A stretch of DNA of 63,395 bases, the filler included, from Octopus bimaculoides (lineage: Eukaryota): assembly GCF_001194135.2 (NCBI RefSeq). It is 8 parts of 6 records of this genome, joined end to end, with 100 filler letters (N's around TTAATTAATTAA, not from the genome) between each part and the next. Parts side by side here need not be neighbours in the genome. Positions count along the whole stretch, not along the records: positions 48,996 to 56,561 come from NC_068984.1; positions 56,662 to 63,395 come from NC_068988.1; 6 more parts are not named here. One strand, written 5' to 3'. Below the pieces are notes generated by a model. The model saw nothing but the letters and a program-made list of their open reading frames with translations, did not search any database and was not told the origin of the DNA. Of the stretch, positions 52,163-63,395 are shown piece after piece (the first letter of the stretch is position 1; every line of letters starts with the position of its first letter). The position numbers and the translations under genes are program-made.

Positions 52163-53734
52163 TTCAGATGATTGTAACAACGGTGAAAAAATATCAATGT
52201 TAATTTATTGATGCATTTGAGCTAGTCTATGTCTGTATTATCAGACAATTGGGATCTTTGTGGCTTTCGTCACTGTTTACAATTATCTTTGAAAAAAGCA
52301 TTTTAATGTATCATATAGATAAATCCGAATTTGTTATTCATCTATTCCAGAAAAATTTTGCTAAAATGTTACAGTTGTTCAAAATTTTGATAATTTTCAG
52401 AATTTTCAGTCAATCAGAAAACAGCGCGTACGCAGCCTCTTCCGTCATTAGGGGTGGGTGGGGGAATCGGCGTGTCAAAACATTAAACTAGCTACAGTAA
52501 ACAGTGAAAAACATGAAAACATTCGCGAGCAAATTAAATATTTAAAAGCTGCGAACAAACCAACAGGAGTTGCTAGAAATGACAGTAAAAAACATTGTTT
52601 AAAACAGACATTTATTAGTTTAAACATTTCAAGAGCGTAACTTTGCAATGCACTCTAGGATTTTATATAATAAATTATCTTTCTCGTATCTCCTTCTCTA
52701 CATAGGAAAGGTTTAAAGCTATGCCCATCGTTCTAGAATCGAATTCCTTCTGTTATGAAAATAAACAACTATAGAACATGTGGTGGTTACAATCCTTGTG
52801 CGCATGCGCAGCATCTTTGGTTACTATGGAAATAGAGGTCTTCGCAATCAGCCATGTAACATATGGTGCTTCTTTGCTTTGGTTGTTGTTGAATCAGAGT
52901 CTTTCGCCACGATGATGTGTGTAAAATACTCGCTTTTGATTGGCTAAAATAACCAAATTTTGCAAATTTTAAAGGCTAATAACTTTNNNNNNNNNNNNNN
53001 NNNNNNNNNNNNNNNNNNNNNNNNNNNNNNNNNNNNNNNNNNNNNNNNNNNNNNNNNNNNNNNNNNNNNNNNNNNNNNNNNNNNNNNNNNNNNNNNNNNN
53101 NNNNNNNNNNNNNNNNNNNNNNNNNNNNNNNNNNNNNNNNNNNNNNNNNNNNNNNNNNNNNNNNNNNNNNNNNNNNNNNNNNNNNNNNNNNNNNNNNNNN
53201 NNNNNNNNNNNNNNNNNNNNNNNNNNNNNNNNNNNNNNNNNNNNNNNNNNNNNNNNNNNNNNNNNNNNNNNNNNATATATATACAAACATACACACACGC
53301 ACATATATATATACATATATATATGTATACGTATATATACATACATATATATATACATATAGCCACAAATATATACATATGCATATACACAGGTGTATGT
53401 GTGTGTGTGCATAGCTAGACAGACGGACAAATAGATAAATGTATACAAACGTACGTACCAAAGAACACACAAATTTATATATGTATATATACATACACAC
53501 ACACACACATGTATATATAAGTATGTTTGTACTTTAGTCTTCAATAAATATTCTCTGGGGAGCAGTGAACCGGGGGGTGGGGGTTCTTTGAGACCAATGT
53601 CAAATGTGTGTGTGCGTGTGTGCGCGTGCGTGTATTGTATTGTGTGCGCGCTGTGTGTATTTGTGTATGTAATTAAGCCCTTAGCCAACTGCTGTCGTCA
53701 GTCGATGTATCTGGAGCATTTTTGGAAGAAGTGT

Positions 53735-53770
<36 letters not shown>

Positions 53771-55418
53771 ATTTTTTCAAACCGAGTGTCCAGCCTTTTG
53801 ACTTTTGTTGATTTGTTTCTATTTTTGATTTGCCCATATACATACATATATACATTCGTACATACATATATTGCGGTTACTTTGAATACCACCGTTTTGT
53901 TATGCCTATCCTGTTCTTTGATAACAAAGCCAAGAATGTATTTATGTATGTCATTATTCATTTTATTTCAAGATTTCTTGCCAATAGAGAGAGAACCCGT
54001 TTCTAACTTAGATACAAGGTTCCTGCATGGGAACTTCAACCTCGTCAACAGGGTATTTTTGTATGTATGCATTCTTTGTATTTTATTGCTGCTGTTGTTG
54101 ACGCCGTTTTTTCTCATTGATATTTCTTTCATCTTTCACGACCAGCCTCGTAGATATGTTTTGTGCATTTTTAATATTATTTTTTTTTATTCTTGTATTG
54201 AAAAGTAGAGTAGTAAATAAATTAGGAAAGACAGGATTTCTAGCAACATATTTCAGGGTGTTTTTTAAACAAGTGTCTTAGTCTCGGTGTACCATTGTAC
54301 AGGGTCCACTTTGTAAACTACTGGTCCAATGCACAAGTTTTCATGGCCCCTGAAAAATTATTGAAGACCCCCCCCCACACACACACACGCACACACATTA
54401 CTGCATTTCATCTGTGGACCTCAAGAAATTTTGTATGGACCCGAGTTGAGAACCCCTGATGTGAAATATACTGACCAATTTTTACTCCTATCTACGTAAA
54501 CTATACTGACCAAATTTTACTCCCAAAGATGATGAAATGGTAAAAAATGAAAGAAAATAACAAGAAATCAGAAATTCTTCATTTTGACCCAGTTACCAAT
54601 TTTGCCCCGTTTCCATATAGTAATACCAAGGGTCTCACAGAATGGCGAAAAATATATGAAAAAATGCGAAAGAAAAAAGGTTCCGTTTAATGTAACATTT
54701 GACTATATATGGAATAATTCTAAAGTTGAAAAAGAATGCTTTTAGCTGTTGAGAAATGTAATTTGATAATTAAAACCAAATTCAAAAGTTGTCTTTATTT
54801 ACTTGCTTCATAAAATAAGACTAGTTTAGAAGTAGAAATGTGTGTGTGTGTGCGCGCGCTTTTAAGCGTCATTGGTCAAGTCAACTTCAGTCATGCGTTG
54901 AAAGAAGGAATTTGGTCTAGAGACAAATAAAATCTATTTTTATTTTTCATAAAAAGAGGATACATTACATTTTTAAAGAAGTCAAGATCCCTTTATTTTG
55001 AAAGCGTGCCTCTTCATGCCCGATTGCTGTGAGGTAGTGGGTCCTCTCTGTATTGAGTGCTACATACCCTTCTTAGCAGGGGTCCCCAATATCTATATGC
55101 CTGGAGCAACTTCCCTCTCCGCACCCCTATAAATCCGACCCTGCATACAGACACATGCATACATGCACGATGGCACGCACACACGTACGCAATAAAATCT
55201 CGCCATTGATAAGGTAGTAACGAAAGAGTTTTTTGGCAAACAAAAACAAAACAATCAGATATTTAATAAATGAGTAGAATTAACATAATCATTCTCTCTA
55301 GACTCAACAAAATATGTTTCAACACACGAATTCAGATAAAGAATTTTGTGTATATATATATATATATATATATACATATATAAACTATCTGGATGTTTTG
55401 CGTTCTTGTCCCATTCTG

Positions 55419-55458
<40 letters not shown>

Positions 55459-55556
55459 NNNNNNNNNNNNNNNNNNNNNNNNNNNNNNNNNNNNNNNNNN
55501 NNNNNNNNNNNNNNNNNNNNNNNNNTATAGTGATACCTCACAGTACGAGTTTAATT

Positions 55557-56367
55557 GGATCTTTGTGATTTGACGGGCAACACTTGTTTTCTTAACGAAA
55601 CACTTTCAAACTTGGGACACTGGTAGAATGTGTCATACAAAACAACTTTTTCTCTTAGCCTTCTTAACAAAAAAATGTACATCGCAAGTTATTTCATGTT
55701 AAAGTTGTCGTATTTCTGTAATTTCAACCAATAACTGACGTCTATTCAGCTGAATACAGTCAGTGCTGGCTTGTCATAAAAATGTTATTCCCTGTGACAT
55801 ATTTCATCCGGTTTAATCGTAATTTATACGCATATATTGTTTATATAATAAATTACGCTGTGCGTATCTGTGTGTGTATATTTTTCCCATAACCTCACTC
55901 ATAACCCTAACCCTAACCCTAACCCTAACCTTAACCCTAACCCCAGCCCTAACCCTAAACTAGAGTTTGATTTAAAGAAGATTTGGCTGCTATTTCTAGG
56001 AAATGAAGCACTTGGTGGAAGTGCATTAATAATTCTGGTAGCTCCAATAACAAGTGCAGGCAATATTCAAGTATTTTGATGGCTTTTCCCCCTTTGTTTA
56101 CGAACAGTCTAGTTAATTGGAAATGTCAGAACTAACGGGGATTAATACCATATACACCGTCACAGCAGTTACTGTATTCAACTGAATAGACGTCAGTGAT
56201 TAGTTGAAATTATCGAAATAAGACAATTTTTAACGTGAAATAACTTCGAATACAAAATTTTTTATCTGTTCTATACCACAAAATATACAAGTATACGAAG
56301 TATACGTAGTGTTTCGGTACCAAAAACACTACATAAAAAAATGTTGCCCGTCAAATCACAAAGGTCC
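55557..56367. mobile_element. Foldback-type MITE with ~200-bp imperfect arms, 8-bp TSD GTTTAATT and ~9 (CCCTAA)-like units at 55905-55958
   Basis: GGATCTTTGTGATTTGACGGGCAACA versus TGTTGCCCGTCAAATCACAAAGGTCC; TSD at 55549-55556 and 56368-56375. Confidence 0.92.
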
Positions 56368-57326
56368 GTTTAATTCGTTCCATGACCGAGCTCGTCCAAT
56401 GATTTACTCGTTTTACAAATCAATTGCTCCCATTGAAGTTAACTTCACATAATTAATCCATTCCAGCCTCCAAAAACCACTCAAAAATATTTTTTTATGG
56501 GTTTTAAAATAGAAATGGTGTAGTTACAACTAAACTCACAATTATAAAAAAAGAGAATGCANNNNNNNNNNNNNNNNNNNNNNNNNNNNNNNNNNNNNNN
56601 NNNNNTTAATTAATTAANNNNNNNNNNNNNNNNNNNNNNNNNNNNNNNNNNNNNNNNNNNNTGTGTATGTGTGTGTGTGTATGTATATATATATATATGT
56701 ATATATATTTATGTGTGTGTGTGTATATATCTATATATATGTGTGTGTGTGGGTGTATATGTGAGTGCATGTACATGCCTGTGTGTGCGAGTGTGCGCAC
56801 GTGTTTGTGTGTGTGTACATATACACATGCATATACCTATAGAGCATCAGTATGAATATGATTGAATGTTATGTGTTACTGAAATCACCTTAATTGGGTT
56901 TCATGTGATTTAAACTGATGGTCTAAATTGCGTACTATTACTGCTTTTCTGCATATATTTATCTTTTGGATGGTTAAAAAAAATGTACTTAATTCTTTGA
57001 AGCAGAAACTTGTGGACGACTTTGCACAAAATCAGAATGTGATACAAAACTATACTGGATGATTCAGTCTCTCTGTTTTAATATATTCATCAATGAAGAC
57101 CACATACATATTCATGGTGAGTGAGTACCATCCTACTCTTTTGAAAGTGTATATTACTCTAGAGAGTTCTATTTCTCTGGAGATTTTTAGTATTATTGCT
57201 ACCTTGCTGCTTTGTTGCCAGAAGTACGCTATATATAAAATACAGTTCCGCAATCCAAAAATTCAACAAAGAAGTTCTCCTTCTACTGATATACATGCAT
57301 ATGTATATGCATATCCTCATAGTGTC

Positions 57327-57894
57327 TTATTCTTTTACTTATTTCAGTCATTTGACTGCAGCCATGCTGGAGCAGCACCTTTAGTGAAACAAACTGACCC
57401 AGGACTTACGTTTTGTAAACCTAAGACTTATTTTATCGGTCTCTTTTTCCGAACAGACGAATATCGGTTGTCAATCGATGGTAGGGGAACAAACACAGAC
57501 AAAAAATACACATATATACACACATACATATACATATATATATATACACNNNNNNNNNNNNNNNNNNNNNNNNNNNNNNNNNNNNNNNNNNNNNNNNNNN
57601 NNNNNNNNNNNNNNNNNNNNNNNNNNNNNNNNNNNNNNNNNNNNNNNNNNNNNNNNNNNNNNNNNNNNNNNNNNNNNNNNNNNNNNNNNNNNNNNNNNNN
57701 NNNNNNNNNNNNNNNNNNNNNNNNNNNNNNNNNNNNNNNNNNNNNNNNNNNNNNNNNNNNNNNNNNNNNNNNNNNNNNNNNNNNNNNNNNNNNNNNNNNN
57801 NNNNNNNNNNNNNNNNNNNNNNNNNNNNNNNNNGTCCAAGGTGCCACGCAGTAGGACTGAACCCGGAGCCATGTGGTTGGGATGCAAGCTTCTT
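57327..57894 (-). mobile_element. SINE family B spanning a gap; head interrupted at ~57895
   Basis: Tail 57327-57550 and head 57834-57894 match 22664-23070; the first ~25 nt of the head are missing. Confidence 0.85.
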
Positions 57895-57900
57895 TATTTC

Positions 57901-59373
57901 TTTTAAATTGCCGTAAAAGCATTGCATAGAGGGTGGACACTACAGCACATATGGGCATATATAAGAATTAGATAAAAATATGATGCTATGAATGACACAC
58001 GAAAATGAACATGAAAAACATTAAAATCAAAATATTAAAATAATTATACATGAATGATAACTGAGAAATGAGAATATGAAAAGTGTGTTACTCACCCCAC
58101 ACTGAGTAATACTACTCGCCACCTCTGATTCCTGAGTCCTCTTTAGTCTTTGATCCAGTCTTTCGTTTACTGTTTTCTCCATCGCTGAGTGACAACATTC
58201 TCTCCTCCATGTACACGTAACCTTTTTCTCCGGGAGAGGGGTCTTGTATATTTTGTGGTGTCTGTTCTTTCTTCTTTGTTTTCCTGTGAGGAGAGGGGGG
58301 TGCGTTTGGTGTCTATGTGGGGAGGGTCGGTCTGAGTCGTTTGGGTGGGACGGCGTTGGTCTGGGGTCTCGCAACACAATGGCTGTTCTTTCTCTTCTTT
58401 CTCTTTTTCCTTTTAATTTCTGTCACTTCCATTCATCCTCCTTGTTCCTTCCATCCATCTGTACTTCCCCCTTTTTTCTCTTCCGTCTTCACCACCGTTT
58501 CTTCTGTCGTTTTCCTCTGTAGAGTGCAGTGCGCTGTAATGTGGCCCCTTTGGCCACATTTAAACATCGTGGGATTCTGTTCTCCACACTCTCAACACAA
58601 TATCTCCCAACGTCACCGTCTCCGCCAAACTATCCAACTGCCTCTCCTCTGCCTGTATAATGAGGTCCAGTGTTTTTCCTCTCCATCCTCCGTCCTCCGT
58701 TTCGTGGCTTGGAGGACAGCCACCTCCTCCTCACGTCCAACGAGGACAGCTGCCGCAACCCAAGCCACTTTTATATCAGGCGGAATTCTTTCTATCCTCA
58801 CCTTAGAAGTATTTCTTCTAAGGTACGTGGGTAGAAGTACTACTTCCTCCGTTTTTACAGTTGCACTCGCCAGCCTCTTTACCTCCTCCGCTGTCCTAAA
58901 CTGGACAACCACCGTCCCATATCCATTTCCTTTCGGTATGCATGTCACGTCCTTCGAAAGCTCCTTCACGCGTTTTCTACTGTTTCCATCTCCCTCCACT
59001 CCACCTTCCTACTGTCCACTGAGTACACCTTGGAGGTAATGGTTTTCTTTTCCATATTTTCCATAATCCTTTTCGGGTGTAATACCTTTACGTCACCGCC
59101 CACCTTCTGTGTCATCTTACTCAGCTCCATTAGTCTGGCTAGGTCCACCTCCATTTTCTTCATCTCTGCAGCCTCAGCAAAACTCTTTACTCTTTCCAAA
59201 TGCTCGTCCATTCTATTTACCGCCTTAACAAGCACCACCTCCACTAAGTACAGCTCATACCATCTAAGGTCTGAATACATTGTCTCTACCGATATAACAC
59301 CCGCTGTCAAGCAGCACAAAAATTCCGTCTGACTCGTCAAAAATCAACAAAGAAAATAAATCGACGCATGCGC
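57901..59373 (-). mobile_element. ORF1-only Tx1/L1-derived element A (HAL1-like), apparently full length
   Basis: ORFs 58966-59340 and 58613-58999 (IPKGNGYGTVVVQF...LPTY...VRIERIPPD); CCHC remnant PRC.KCGQRGHITAHC (~58520-58580); then AT-rich 3' region with no ORF2; flanks match 18/21. Confidence 0.75.
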
Positions 59374-59394
59374 GGAAGCAAGTTTCTTTAGTTC

Positions 59395-60115
59395 AATATT
59401 TTTGCTATAAAGGCATTACAGTGAGGGGACACCACAACACATGTGGACACATATAACAATTAAAAATCTATAAAAATAAAATATGATATTATGAACGACA
59501 CATGAAAATGAACATGAAAAACAAATTAAAATTATGATAACATGCGTGATAGTTGAAAATGAAAATATGAAGCGTGTGCTACTCCTCCCACACTGAACAA
59601 CACCACTCGCTACCTCTGAGTCCTAATTTCTTTTTAGTTTCTGTTCCTCTTCTGCTATCGCTCCATGATTGCACTCTCTCGTAACCTTTTTCACCGGGGA
59701 AGGGGTCTTCTAAATTCTGAGGTGTCTGCTCTTTTTTTCAATTTAACCTGTGGGGAAATGGGGTGGATGGGTTTGTTGTCTGTATGGAGAGGGTGACTCT
59801 AAGTGGCTTTGGGTGGGATGGAGTTGAACTGGGGTACCACATCACACTCAGTATTTTTTTCTTTTTTCTCTTCTTCCTTCTACTCTCTGTTACTCTCCCT
59901 TCTTCATATTCTTCCTCCTTTCCTCCGTCTGTGGTTTCTTGTTCCGTTTTCCCTTCCGTCTCCACAACTGTTTCCTCTGTTGTTGTTCTCTGTAGAGGGC
60001 AGTATGCTCTAATGTGAACTTGTTGGCCACATTTAAATCAACATGGTACTCTGCTCTATACCCACACTCTCAGCACAATTTCTAACCAACGTCACCGTCT
60101 CTGCCAAACTCTCTT
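59395..60115 (-). mobile_element. ORF1-only Tx1/L1-derived element B, 5'-truncated paralog of A
   Basis: KCGQQVHIRAYC knuckle (~60010-60040); 59480-59630 aligns to 57985-58140; similar 3' end. Confidence 0.75.
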
Positions 60116-60119
60116 TGTT

Positions 60120-62418
60120 GGAAAGAAAAAGTACTGCAGGAACATTTGAAAAACAACGATATAGAAGATGTAACTCAAGAGGTGATGGAGACAAACTGAT
60201 CATCAGCCCGGCAGCAACACCAACCCAGAGCCCGGTGGCAACGACGCTGAAAATCCCAGCAGCTACGTTCACCAAGGAGAGAGAGAGAGAAGCAGGCAAA
60301 CATAAACTGCCATGCTTTCTGTCCGTGAGAAAACCATTTTTTTCGTCATCGATTATTAAGATGGGCTGTGTGAATGTGCGTGAAATGGGGTCGAAATGGA
60401 AACACACTTGTTTCCTGCACGACCTCACGACACATGGAGTAGATGTGGCTATTGCAACCGTGTCCAAGTTGAGCGGATCTCAAGCGTTCTCGCCTCTTCT
60501 GAATGGTTACGAGGAAATTATTTCTCCTAGCCGAGGAAGAGGGGGGAGCGTGGCAGTCCTTATCAAGAAGAGCTTGTACTTACTGTTAAGTATTGCCATT
60601 CTGGACCCAGAATGTAGGCTAGTTGTCTTGGATGTGAGCCACGTGAGTAAACAGTCCTTCAGATTGGTGGTTGTCTACGCTCTTCACTAGCGTGAGCAGT
60701 CGGGTTTTTTTCGAAGCCTGGAACATTTTCTAGTGACGTCAAAAACGGTAGTTCTATTAGGGGACTTTAATACTATCCTCGATGAACGGGTGGACAGTTT
60801 TGGCTAAACTGATAGGGAAGGGAATCCTGGTTTCAAGGGTCTACTCGAGAGCTTTAATCTCGCAGACCGTTGCTGAGTGGATGAGCTGAACGTTCCACAG
60901 TGGACGTGGAATAACAACGACAGCTCAGGCAAATCGTATTTAGATAAGGTATTCGTTAGGAAAAGAGATAAGAGTACTTTTAGTTGTCCACAGTTCCATA
61001 TTGTGCCTTACATGGATCAAAAATTTGTGACGTGTAAGTGCATTTAGATAAATGTCATCGACAGGGACCCGGGTACTGGAAGCTGAACAAGTCTATTTTG
61101 ACTTGTGAAGTCTTTCGTATCCGGATTAAGTTGTTAGTACAGAGGGCATTATGTGGCACTATCATCAATAATAGCGGTTGGAAAGCAACCCTAATGATAT
61201 CGGATGCGGTACATCTGTTTCTGCTTATGTGGATGACGTCACCTTCATCATGTCCAACGAAGCACAGCTACCTTGTGTAGAAGATGCTCTCAGAGAATAC
61301 GAGGCGGTGGCAAGTGCAAAAATTAAGATGGACAAGTCGATCGGCTTGCGCCTCGGCACCTGGAGGAGCATGTCGATATCGTTCAGTGTCGTGGGTCACA
61401 GGACAGATGGTCTATGGTCCTGTTAAGTTAAAGGGTGGGCTAGGAATGCCTTAGCCAATGATGCGCAGACATGCGTTGAGGCTGAAACATCTCTAGCGCC
61501 ACCTGAAAGGTGATAAGGTGTGGAGTCCGCTAGCAGAGGAATTCTTTCCGCGACCGGCCTCTAAGGAGAGATTTAAACCCGGTTTCATAAAAAAGACGTA
61601 ATCTGACTCTATGACAAAAGAGTGCCGATATGCACTCACGCTTATCAACAAGACGAGCAAGGCTGCAGCGGGAATACCACCACGCTGTTCTATAGAGAGC
61701 TTGTAGAAGCTAACAATAGGGACGTCCTAGCAGCGGCTCTGGGATTCCATGAGAACCAACTTACCAACCTGTCCAAGAAGGTTCTCAGGCCAGGATATTT
61801 AGATAATTACCAAAAATCCCTGACCAGGCAGTGCTACAAAAACGTTTTACCTGCTCGCGATAAGTTATCCAGGCACGGAATGTCAGTGCCACCGGCATGT
61901 CCAAGATGTGGGCTGGACGATGAAACCGTGCAGCTCGCCTTTGTACAATAGCCAACTGGACTCTCAAAGTAAGGTGAGGCATGTTTTCTCTGTACAGTTG
62001 CAGTGTTTAAAGAATGTGAATGGAGAACAAGAATGCAAGGATTAGTGACGGGATCCTTCATCTCTGGCGCTGTTTTGCTACAATTCTTCAGATATTATCT
62101 AAAGAGCAAGATAGAGCTAGAGAGAATGATCCTGTCACGAAGTGTGTTTGAGGAAAGATGGAAGGCTGACGGAAGATGGGTGCAAGTAACCCTACTTAAT
62201 CTGCATTAGAAAATGAAAAAGGAAAGGGGTAGGCGCTGGACCTTTGAGGCAACCGGGCATAATCCTCTCTTCAAAAGGAAAAAATATAAAAAATTAAAAT
62301 CAATAATTTCCTTAAACTTTTTTAATAAGTATCATTCGAAGCCATATTAACTTTTTTTTATGTGCAGTCCTGTGCTGTACCATCTATGTGTGACATTTAT
62401 TATTTTAATAAAAAAAAA
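60120..62418 (+). mobile_element. Tx1/L1-clade LINE: probable ORF1 end plus decayed, internally deleted ORF2, 3' UTR and poly(A)
   Basis: APE IKMGCVNVRE...LLGDFNTILD...WTW...SYLDKVF...GPGYWKLNKS; RT SAYVDDVT; KGGLGMP; CPRCGLDDETV; aataaaaaaaaa at ~62406-62418. Confidence 0.92.
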
Positions 62419-62641
62419 TTCAGCTAGAAAGCCATGCTACTCCAGGCTTGATGATGAGCAATGACTCTAAAACTAGTCTCTGCCTTTGCTTAGTGGAGGT
62501 TCTTATCTCCACTTTGAAAACATGTAATGACACAGAAAATGTGTCATTACCAACTGGAAATGGTGTTTCCTGGGGCTAAATAGTAGTAGCGTTCTTCCCT
62601 TTCATGAGACTGTTACATTAAGTTGACAGCATACATAACTT

Positions 62642-62719
<78 letters not shown>

Positions 62720-63356
62720 TGTGTGGAGACGCAATGGCTTAGTGGTTGGGGCAGTAGACTTGCGTCAAAGAATCGTGGTTTCGAAACTTAGACCGGGTGT
62801 TGTAAGTGTTTATTGATCGAAAACATTTAAACGCTCTTCGAAGCTCCGGCACGGGGTGGTGACGAACCCCTCTGTACTACTTCACCACAACTTTCTCTCA
62901 TTCTTTCTCCCTGTTTCTCTTGTACCTTTATTTCTAAGGACCAGCTTAGTCAAATTTTGTGTCCCGCTGAATCTCCCCGAGAACTACGTTAAGAGTACAC
63001 GTGTCTGTGGAATGCTCAGCAACTTTCACGTTAATTTCACCTGGAAGCCGTTTCGTCGATGCCACGTATTAGTATATATATATATAGATATGTGTGCATG
63101 TGTGTGTATGTATTTGAGTATGTGTGTATGTGTGTATTTGAGTATGTGTGTATGTGTATAAGCTTAGCTGGAAAAAAACTTTTAGTACGTCGGGCAATTT
63201 GTTTTGTGGCATTTTGTCCGTCCCGTGTTGACATTCTGAACTCAAAATCCACCGAGGTAAACTATTTCTTTCAGCTTTCGGGTTCGAGAAAATAAGTACC
63301 ATTTGAGCACTGGAGTCGATGCAATCGACAACCCCTCCCCCGAAATCTGTATATAC

Positions 63357-63395
<39 letters not shown>

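Larger units (their letters stand above)
49766..54458 (-). mobile_element. hAT (Charlie/ZBED5-like) DNA transposon with nested insertions
   Basis: TIR cagggcttctcaac / gttgagaacccctg (13/14); TSD atgtaaac / atgtgaaa (6/8); transposase C-terminus HLKNLHNDMQAQFNDLL...ENLIELQSDE...KYP (50186-50515) and ESGFSHV...GDL (~50100-50220). Confidence 0.85.

Noticed and set aside
55905-55958. (CCCTAA)n as a true chromosome end or fusion site
   Set aside because: Short and enclosed by MITE arms with TSDs.
62445-62480. Hammerhead or C/D-box-like tgatga motif
   Set aside because: Core CUGAUGA and GAAA are both mismatched, and there is no box D.
1-63395. CRISPR arrays, operons, rRNA or bona fide tRNA genes
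   Set aside because: Eukaryotic DNA with no regularly spaced repeat-spacer array; the tRNA-like boxes all belong to SINE heads.

Overview
AT-rich, microsatellite-dense animal DNA. The repeat families (recognised from memory, not searched) fit an octopus or related coleoid cephalopod. No intact protein-coding gene, rRNA, tRNA gene or CRISPR array is supported; nearly all listed ORFs are translations of simple repeats or N-gaps. Seven 100-bp gaps each hold an artificial TTAATTAATTAA six-frame-stop linker, so adjacency across them is not guaranteed. The window is mostly decayed transposons: a Gypsy LTR element; RTE, CR1, I-group, R4/Dong and Tx1/L1 LINE remnants; hAT, mariner and piggyBac-like DNA elements; a foldback MITE family carrying (CCCTAA)n; and several tRNA-derived SINE families. 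Best leads: (1) two tandem ORF1-only Tx1-derived ('half-LINE'-like) elements at the same site in a tRNA-derived SINE head (57.9-60.1 kb); (2) an old tandem array of exon-like units, each a conserved core plus an acidic tract (1-7.8 kb); (3) candidate 27-nt and 9-nt minus-strand microexons (26.9-27.3 kb); (4) three diverged copies of a ~125-bp hairpin (44.7-45.7 kb); (5) the telomere-repeat foldback family with 8-bp TSDs.
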